NCBI GenBank assembly: GCA_965203555.1
Contig: CBDBCY010000004.1
Span: 1,152,001-1,216,000, forward strand
DNA: 64,000 bases
From: Acidimicrobiia bacterium
GTDB lineage: Bacteria; Actinomycetota; Acidimicrobiia; Spongiisociales; ZC4RG35
Direction of reading: 5' to 3'
A program made the position numbers and the translations under genes. Each line of letters begins with the position of its first letter. Position 1 is the stretch's first letter. This document shows, piece by piece, positions 57,650-64,000 of the stretch. Under the pieces are notes generated by a model. It saw nothing but the letters and a program-made list of their open reading frames with translations, did not search any database and was not told where the DNA came from.

Positions 57650-60064
57650 CTAGTGCGCGATCTCCAGGGTTGGTTTGAGTCTGTCGAGGTGGTTCAAACC
57701 CCAGCATTCCACGGTGTGGTCGGGTCTCAGTCCGCAGGTGCGCAGATCACCTGCTCCGATGTCGATGAAGAGACCACCCGGAACCGCCGTTTCGCCCTCT
57801 TCGTCGGAACCCCAACACTCCGCTGTGCCGTTGGGCCGCAGGCCACAAGCGTGGTTCCATCCGGCCTCCACACGGGTGAATCGACCCGGAGGAGGGGTTG
57901 ACTTGCCGTTGTAGTCGGAGCCCCAGCACTCCACTGTGCCGTCGGGCCGCAGGCCGCAACTGTAGAAGCCGCCACTGCTGAGCGATGTGAATTCACCAGA
58001 CGGCGGGAGAGTTTCACCGTGGAAATCCCGGCCCCAGCAACTCACCGTGCCGTCCTCCCGGATCCCGCAGGCGTGCGCCCAGCCGGTGCCGATGGAGGTG
58101 AACCTCTCACTGGGCATCGGGTGATCAATCTCCCTCCCCTTGACTGCTCCCCAACAGTCGACCGTGCCGTCCAAGCGAAGCCCACAGGTCTGTGAACCGC
58201 CGGTGCTTATGGACATGAATTCTCCGCCGGGCGGCGGGGTTCCACCGATGTCCTGGCCCCAGCACTCGACGGTCCTGTCAACTCGAACGCCACAAGCCCT
58301 GTCTCCCACGCTGACCGATTGCATGCTCCCTATCGGCGACGAATCGAAGCCCAACCAGTCCCAACAGACCACGATGCCGTTGAGGCGAGTACCGCATATC
58401 CCCCGCCCCACTTGTATCGAGGCGAATCCACTGGTCAGAGCAGTGGCGTTTACCTTAACCTTGTAGGAGTCATCCAAGCGCTCAACAACCTCTAGTTCGA
58501 AGTTCACAAAGGATCCCCTCCTCTGGTAGAACACGGACAGGTTAGCCGTCCAGGACTCTCCGACACCAAGAACCACGGCGCCGTCGGATCTCGAACCCGG
58601 AGGCAGGAAAACCCGTTTGCAAGGCACCACCCACGGATTGCAGAAATCTATCTCATGTATCTCTATACCTTCATCGGTGATGCTGAGGTCGTATCCCTCC
58701 CTTGTTCTGGCGCCAACGGCAATCACCCTGTCCGCCGTCACCGGTAGGAGCAACAGTTTCTGACCGCTATCCGACCGGGGAGAGGCAAGGAAGTACTCCG
58801 CGCTTGCATCCTGGTGTACCACCACCTCCGAGGGGTCCAGCCATCCGGTGTGAAACAGATTGTGGGCGTGGGTGCCTATCAAACTTCTGCCCATTGCCAT
58901 GACATCCATACCGGTGATCAGTGGCTGGGAAGCGCCGGGTTCGGCAAGGTTATGAGGCCAACCCAGGGTATGACCTATCTCGTGAGCGTAGATTCCGATG
59001 TGGTAGATCCCACCTGCGTCTACCCAGGCGTTTCGGTAAAACTTGCCCTCCCGGGAATCGAATGATCCTTGGAACGCCAACCCGGCAATGCCCCCGCCCA
59101 GGGGACTTCCGACAAAGACATGCGTACCCTCCACACGCCTCACATGTCGACTGTTGTCACCGCACCCCCTCAGAATGGCCGAGACTTCGGGGGTGGGGTC
59201 TTCTCCGTGTTGGAATCGTATCCGGTATTGACCACCCGACAGCCACTCGAAATAGGGGGCGAGTTTCCGGTTCAGGAAGGAGGGCACATCCTCTGTGATG
59301 TTGGCCCTCTCGCACATCCATACATTCCATGGGTCCTCTCCGACGGCGAGGGATTGCACTATGTCGCGGCCGGGTGCGTAGTCCAGAACGGCTTGCAGGT
59401 CCGCGGCCTGCAGCGCTCTGGCCAGAAAGGAGGCCATGGTGTCTCTTCTCACCAGGTCCTCGGGGCAGTAACGGAGAGGATCGACTCCGCACCCTCGGGT
59501 GATTCCCGAGGCCAGAACCGCTTCGGCTGCTTCAAGATAGGAGGCGTCAGGACCCACGTCAGAGAAGGAAGACGAGGTGGTCCCGTCGGGAATGTTCAGC
59601 CGGAAAGCCCTGTGGAGGAAGACCGCCATCTCTGATCTGAGCAAGGGATCGTTAGGTCGGTAACCACCCGATACCACGGTGTCGGTTAGCCCGTTTGCTC
59701 CCATTGCTTCCACGAAAGGCGTGTACCAGGCGCCTTCGGCCACGTCGGAATACACACTCAGGTAGGGCACGGTCGTGTCAAGGCGAAGGGCGCGGGCCAA
59801 GAAAGTGGCAATCTGTGCTCTGGTTACGTGTTGTTCAGGGCAGTAACGAGGTCCCTCGAGGTCACATCCAACCGTCACTCCCCGTTCGACGATGTAGCGG
59901 ATGTCCTCCTCGTGGGGATTGCCTTCAATGTCAACGAACCCGCCTCCGTTCCCAGCAGGGGGGCCCTGAGCCAGAGCCGGCATGCTCGCCACCGCCACCA
60001 ACATGACCAGGGAGGCCAGCGAGATACACCCCTGCATGGTCTGAAACCGCCCCTTGACAATCAT
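57650..60064 (-). CDS. Secreted SLH + metzincin metalloprotease + RCC1-repeat protein
   Basis: Signal peptide, three SLH repeats, HEIGHTLGWPH with a downstream Met (MDVM), and repeated CGLRPDGTVECWG. Confidence 0.88.
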   Translation of the reverse strand: MIVKGRFQTMQGCISLASLVMLVAVASMPALAQGPPAGNGGGFVDIEGNPHEEDIRYIVERGVTVGCDLEGPRYCPEQHVTRAQIATFLARALRLDTTVPYLSVYSDVAEGAWYTPFVEAMGANGLTDTVVSGGYRPNDPLLRSEMAVFLHRAFRLNIPDGTTSSSFSDVGPDASYLEAAEAVLASGITRGCGVDPLRYCPEDLVRRDTMASFLARALQAADLQAVLDYAPGRDIVQSLAVGEDPWNVWMCERANITEDVPSFLNRKLAPYFEWLSGGQYRIRFQHGEDPTPEVSAILRGCGDNSRHVRRVEGTHVFVGSPLGGGIAGLAFQGSFDSREGKFYRNAWVDAGGIYHIGIYAHEIGHTLGWPHNLAEPGASQPLITGMDVMAMGRSLIGTHAHNLFHTGWLDPSEVVVHQDASAEYFLASPRSDSGQKLLLLPVTADRVIAVGARTREGYDLSITDEGIEIHEIDFCNPWVVPCKRVFLPPGSRSDGAVVLGVGESWTANLSVFYQRRGSFVNFELEVVERLDDSYKVKVNATALTSGFASIQVGRGICGTRLNGIVVCWDWLGFDSSPIGSMQSVSVGDRACGVRVDRTVECWGQDIGGTPPPGGEFMSISTGGSQTCGLRLDGTVDCWGAVKGREIDHPMPSERFTSIGTGWAHACGIREDGTVSCWGRDFHGETLPPSGEFTSLSSGGFYSCGLRPDGTVECWGSDYNGKSTPPPGRFTRVEAGWNHACGLRPNGTAECWGSDEEGETAVPGGLFIDIGAGDLRTCGLRPDHTVECWGLNHLDRLKPTLEIAH

Positions 60065-60272
60065 GTCGGCTTAAAACACCCATGCTGAGTATTGCGGCGA
60101 AGGCCTACAGAAGAAGGTAGGACTCGGAGTTTCGGTCCGAGGCAGTGCGGATCGTGGTCGAGATGTCTGATGATATAAGTTTCTCTGTCTCTTGGCCTGG
60201 ATGCCAAGCCGTCTAGGGAGATAAAGTAGCAAATCGCTCATGAGGCCCTTGAAAAGCCCCCCTGGGCGCCCT

Positions 60273-60289
60273 TGTGATATTTTGTCACA
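60273..60289. promoter_or_regulatory. Palindromic candidate operator between divergent genes
   Basis: TGTGA-N7-TCACA in an AT-rich patch upstream of the hydantoinase genes. Confidence 0.35.
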
Positions 60290-60406
60290 TATCTCCTAAG
60301 ATACGATCCATGTCGCTTCCATCGCTTGATCCCGATCAGAGACCCGGGGTCGTCATTGGCCCGGAGGCAATGGCGAGGCGCAGGCGGAAGTAAGGTCAAC
60401 TTTCTG

Positions 60407-62515
60407 ATGAGCGCTTCCCGCCCCCCGCTGCCAGAGGAGTCACGAATCGGTGTAGATGTGGGAGGCACTTTCACCGACGTTGTGGTCACCAGCGCAGGTG
60501 GCGACATCTACACTTACAAACTGCTTTCCACGCCACAGGACTTCAGCGAAGGAGTCGTCGACGGAGTCCGCGAGATCATCGAATCTGGAGGAGTCGACCC
60601 GGCCGACACCCGCGATGTGGTGCATGGAAGCACCGTGGCCACCAACGCCATCCTGGAGCGAAAAGGCGCGCTCACCGGGCTGTTGACTACCAAGGGGTTC
60701 ACCGATGTCCTCGAATTGCGGAGGCTGCGAGTCCCCAAGCTGTATGACGTGACCTGGCAGAAGCCCGAGCCGTTGGTCGAGCGCGCTATGCGGCTGGAGG
60801 TGATCGAGCGCGTCGGAGTGGACGGCGGTGTGGTTACGACACTGGATCTCGTCGACGCTCGACAGAAGGTGGAGCGCTTGATCGAACTCGGAGCAGAGTC
60901 GATCGCAGTTAGCCTCATCCACTCCTACGCCAATTCCTCGCACGAGACGGCCATCGGGGAGATGCTCGCCAGGGAGTACCCCGAGGTTTGGATCTCGCTC
61001 TCCCACCGGGTGTTGCCGGTCATCCGAGAGTACGAGAGGACCAGCACCACGGTGCTCAACGCCTACGTCAGACCGGTGGTCGCCTCCTACCTCGAGGCAC
61101 TCCGGGGAAAGCTCAACCGGTTGGACGTGACGGCACCCTTGCTCATCATGCAGTCCAACGGGGGCGTGATGACCAGCGAAGCAGCCGCCGAGCGACCGGC
61201 GTATGTTGTGGAGTCCGGTCCTGCGGCCGGGGTGATCGCCTCCAGCGGGCTGGCGCGATCCTTGGGAGAGGACAAAGTGATCACGTTCGACATGGGCGGC
61301 ACCACCGCCAAGACGGCATTGGTAGAGGACGGCGAACCGCATTTCACAGCCGAATTCGAGGTGGCGTCGTCGATGTCGGCCGGAAGCCGTCTGCGAAGCG
61401 GAGGCGGCTATGCGTTGAGCGTGCCGTTCATCGACCTGGCCGAGGTGGGCGCCGGGGGTGGCAGCATCGTGTGGATCGATCCAGCCGGCGCTCCGAAGGT
61501 CGGCCCCTCCTCTGCCGGGGCGCTTCCCGGGCCGGTGTGTTACGGAAAGGGAGGCGAGGAGCCCACGGTCACCGACGCCAATCTGTTGCTCGGGTATCTG
61601 AATCCCGGGGGTCTGTTGGACGGAGCGGTGAAATTGGATGTTGCCGGCGCCCGGACCGTGTTCGAGGAGAAGGTCGCCGCTCCCTTGGATCTGGATGTCC
61701 AGGTCGCCTCCTACGGCGCTCATCTGATCGCCAACGCCAGCATGATCCGGGCGATCAAGTCGGTCTCGGTGCAGCGGGGCCGGGATCCGCGCGACTTCAC
61801 CCTGGTCGCGTTCGGGGGGAGCGGGCCCGTCCACGCGGTGGGGATCGCCAGGGAACTGGGAATCAAACGGGTGATCGTGCCGCCCCAACCGGGGGTCTTC
61901 TCGGCTGTGGGACTGCTGGAGGCCCGGTTGGAATTCCACGCCAAGAAGACCTACCTGCGGCGCACCGCCGGCCTGTCCCCCCAAGAACTTCAATCGGAGA
62001 TCAGCGAGTTGGAGGCGCAGGCGCGGGAGGGGGTGGGACATGGGAGCCTTGAGACCGTCTCCTTCGAATTCGAACCGTGGGTGGAGATGCGGTATGTGGG
62101 CCAGGGGTTTGAACTCCCCGTGAAGTTGCCGCCGTTTTCAGATGACTGGTCGGCATGGTTGGCGGAACTGGACCGGGCGTTCGGCGAGCAGCACCTGAAC
62201 ACGTACGGCCACGTAACCAACAATCAGACCGAGATCGTGCAACTCCTGGTGGTGATACGCGAGTTGAATCCACCCGGCGTACCGGCGGGCGACCGGCCCG
62301 ACTCGCAACCGGACGAGTCGAACGTGAGAGACGTGTTCTTCGGCGAGGCCCTGGGGCTTTTGCCGACCCCGGTGCTCCGTCGCGGCGATCTCACGCTTGC
62401 GCCCAGAGAGGCGCCGCTCATAATCGAGGACTACGACGCCACCACGGTGGTCCCGCCCGGTTACCGGGTCTTCCGGGACCGGTCCTGGAATGTGTTCATC
62501 GAGGAGGGTACGTGA
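60407..62515 (+). CDS. Hydantoinase/oxoprolinase subunit A
   Basis: GVDVGGTFTD, HGSTVATN, SGPAAG, DMGGTT, GAGGGS, PTVTDA. Confidence 0.95.
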   Translation: MSASRPPLPEESRIGVDVGGTFTDVVVTSAGGDIYTYKLLSTPQDFSEGVVDGVREIIESGGVDPADTRDVVHGSTVATNAILERKGALTGLLTTKGFTDVLELRRLRVPKLYDVTWQKPEPLVERAMRLEVIERVGVDGGVVTTLDLVDARQKVERLIELGAESIAVSLIHSYANSSHETAIGEMLAREYPEVWISLSHRVLPVIREYERTSTTVLNAYVRPVVASYLEALRGKLNRLDVTAPLLIMQSNGGVMTSEAAAERPAYVVESGPAAGVIASSGLARSLGEDKVITFDMGGTTAKTALVEDGEPHFTAEFEVASSMSAGSRLRSGGGYALSVPFIDLAEVGAGGGSIVWIDPAGAPKVGPSSAGALPGPVCYGKGGEEPTVTDANLLLGYLNPGGLLDGAVKLDVAGARTVFEEKVAAPLDLDVQVASYGAHLIANASMIRAIKSVSVQRGRDPRDFTLVAFGGSGPVHAVGIARELGIKRVIVPPQPGVFSAVGLLEARLEFHAKKTYLRRTAGLSPQELQSEISELEAQAREGVGHGSLETVSFEFEPWVEMRYVGQGFELPVKLPPFSDDWSAWLAELDRAFGEQHLNTYGHVTNNQTEIVQLLVVIRELNPPGVPAGDRPDSQPDESNVRDVFFGEALGLLPTPVLRRGDLTLAPREAPLIIEDYDATTVVPPGYRVFRDRSWNVFIEEGT

Positions 62516-64000
62516 TGACCATCCCAACATCCGGAACGGCCGCCATCGAGCGGGAACTGATCCGCGAGGGTCTGGCGGCGATATGCGAGGAGATGGCGGT
62601 GAGCGTCCTTCGGACTTCGCACTCGGAGACGGTGAAGAGCGCCATGGACTTCTCCACGGCTCTGTGTGACGAGAGCGGACAGATAATCGCCCAGGGAGTC
62701 ACCCTGCCCAACCAACTCGGCGCCCTGCCGGAGGCGGTGGCGGCGATTCTGAGGCGTTTTCGGGGAGATCTGCATCCGGGTGACGTGGCGATGGTCAACG
62801 ATCCATTCGATGGCGGTATGCACCTTCCCGACATTTTCGTTGTGCGCCCCGTCTTCTTCGAATCGGAGTTCGCGGGACTGGTGGCGACGGTGGCGCATCA
62901 TGCCGACGTGGGTGGAATGGTTGCCGGGAGCATGTCGCCCTACGCGGAGGAGTGCTTCCAGGAGGGCCTGCGGATCCCGCCCGTCAAGCTCTATAAGCGC
63001 GGAAAGCGGGAGGAGGGAGTGTTCGCCCTGCTCGGCGCCAACACCCGGGTGCCGGACATCGTCCTCGGAGACTTCGACGCCCAACTGGTGGCGTGTGCGA
63101 CCGGCGTCAAGGCTTTCGATCAGATGATCCGCCGGTACGGACTTGCGGAGTTCAGGGCCCATGTGGCGGCTCTGTTGGACTACACGGAGATGCTCACCAG
63201 GCAGGAGATCAGAACGTTCCCGGAGGGGACCTACTCCTACACCGACTATCTGGACGACGATGGCGTCCGCGATGACCCGGTGCCCCTCTCGGTGTCCATC
63301 GAGATTCGCGACGGTGGAGTGACTCTCGACTTCACGGGAAGTTCGCCCCAGGTCCGGTCCTCTTTGAACAACACCCTCTCGTTCACGAATTCGAATACCT
63401 ACGCGGCGATGCGCACCCTGTTGCGGTCCGACATTCCCAACAACGAAGGGTTCTTCCGGCCGATTACGGTCAAGGCGCCGCGGGGATGCATTCTCAACTG
63501 TGTGCTCCCGGCCGCTACCGGAACCCGGGGTCTGACCGGTTTCCGGGTGATGGACGCCATCTTCGGCGCCCTGGCGCCCGCTCTGCCCGACCGGGTGATG
63601 GGCGCCTCCGACGGTGGTCTGTCGCTGGTGACGGTGGGAGGCGTGAGACCGGGCGGCGAGCGGTTCTCGGTGGTGGAATTGATCTCCGGAGCGTGGGGTG
63701 GCCAGTCTCTTCAGGACGGCGAGGACGGCGTTCCGAATGTGGGTGCCAACGTGAGCAATATCCCGGTCGAGATGCTGGAGTCTTCACTTCCCGTGAGAGT
63801 GGATCACTACGGCTACGTTCCCGACACGGGAGGCGCCGGTCTCCATCGGGGGGGCCTGTCGCTTCAGCGCGAGTACACGTTCCTGCAGGAATGCGACCTG
63901 AGCGTTCGCTCCGACCGGGCGACGATCTATCCCTACGGGATCGGCGCAGGAAGGCCCGGCACCCCTTCGATGAACCTTCTCGGCCCGGATGGCGAGGAGG
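62515..64000 (+). CDS. Hydantoinase B/oxoprolinase subunit (runs off the window end)
   Basis: EEM...RTS.S, DFS, NDPF.GGMHLPD, HHADVGG, QEGL.IPP, D.GGAG..RGG. Confidence 0.93.
   Translation, partial: MTIPTSGTAAIERELIREGLAAICEEMAVSVLRTSHSETVKSAMDFSTALCDESGQIIAQGVTLPNQLGALPEAVAAILRRFRGDLHPGDVAMVNDPFDGGMHLPDIFVVRPVFFESEFAGLVATVAHHADVGGMVAGSMSPYAEECFQEGLRIPPVKLYKRGKREEGVFALLGANTRVPDIVLGDFDAQLVACATGVKAFDQMIRRYGLAEFRAHVAALLDYTEMLTRQEIRTFPEGTYSYTDYLDDDGVRDDPVPLSVSIEIRDGGVTLDFTGSSPQVRSSLNNTLSFTNSNTYAAMRTLLRSDIPNNEGFFRPITVKAPRGCILNCVLPAATGTRGLTGFRVMDAIFGALAPALPDRVMGASDGGLSLVTVGGVRPGGERFSVVELISGAWGGQSLQDGEDGVPNVGANVSNIPVEMLESSLPVRVDHYGYVPDTGGAGLHRGGLSLQREYTFLQECDLSVRSDRATIYPYGIGAGRPGTPSMNLLGPDGEE

Noticed and set aside
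60440-62041. Long antisense ORFs (also 33774..35396 and 17981..19348)
   Set aside because: They mirror real high-GC genes on the opposite strand and have no recognisable motifs.

Overview
High-GC window that looks actinobacterial, probably Acidimicrobiia (inferred from the S-layer homology (SLH) repeats of the 'FCPxxxVTRAQMAxFL' type and the gene content). The LRR, RCC1, Calx-beta-like and serpin cargo would fit a host-associated lineage. Left part (1 to ~31 kb) is a decayed accessory island. It holds ISL3, two IS1182-like copies (CTAG target duplications, one with a nested IS256), two IS1634-like copies, a lone SIR2-like gene, a frameshifted serpin, a mucin-like secreted protein, an intact MazEF plus several toxin-antitoxin remnants, a DacB-LRR-SLH fusion, a DUF222/HNH gene enclosed by IS5-like inverted repeats, and a NucS-like remnant / RNase H / small basic protein / RNase H cluster. 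Right part (~31-64 kb) is intact transport and catabolism. It holds a GntR-PfkB-BtpA-sugar ABC operon, a Fur-box-led iron ABC operon with an internally duplicated binding protein followed by a PLP enzyme and an S9 peptidase, a peptide ABC with amidohydrolase and NicX-like genes, an MFS transporter, an SLH-metzincin-RCC1 protein and hydantoinase/oxoprolinase A and B. No rRNA, tRNA or CRISPR array was seen. All family calls come from motif recognition by eye, not from database searches.
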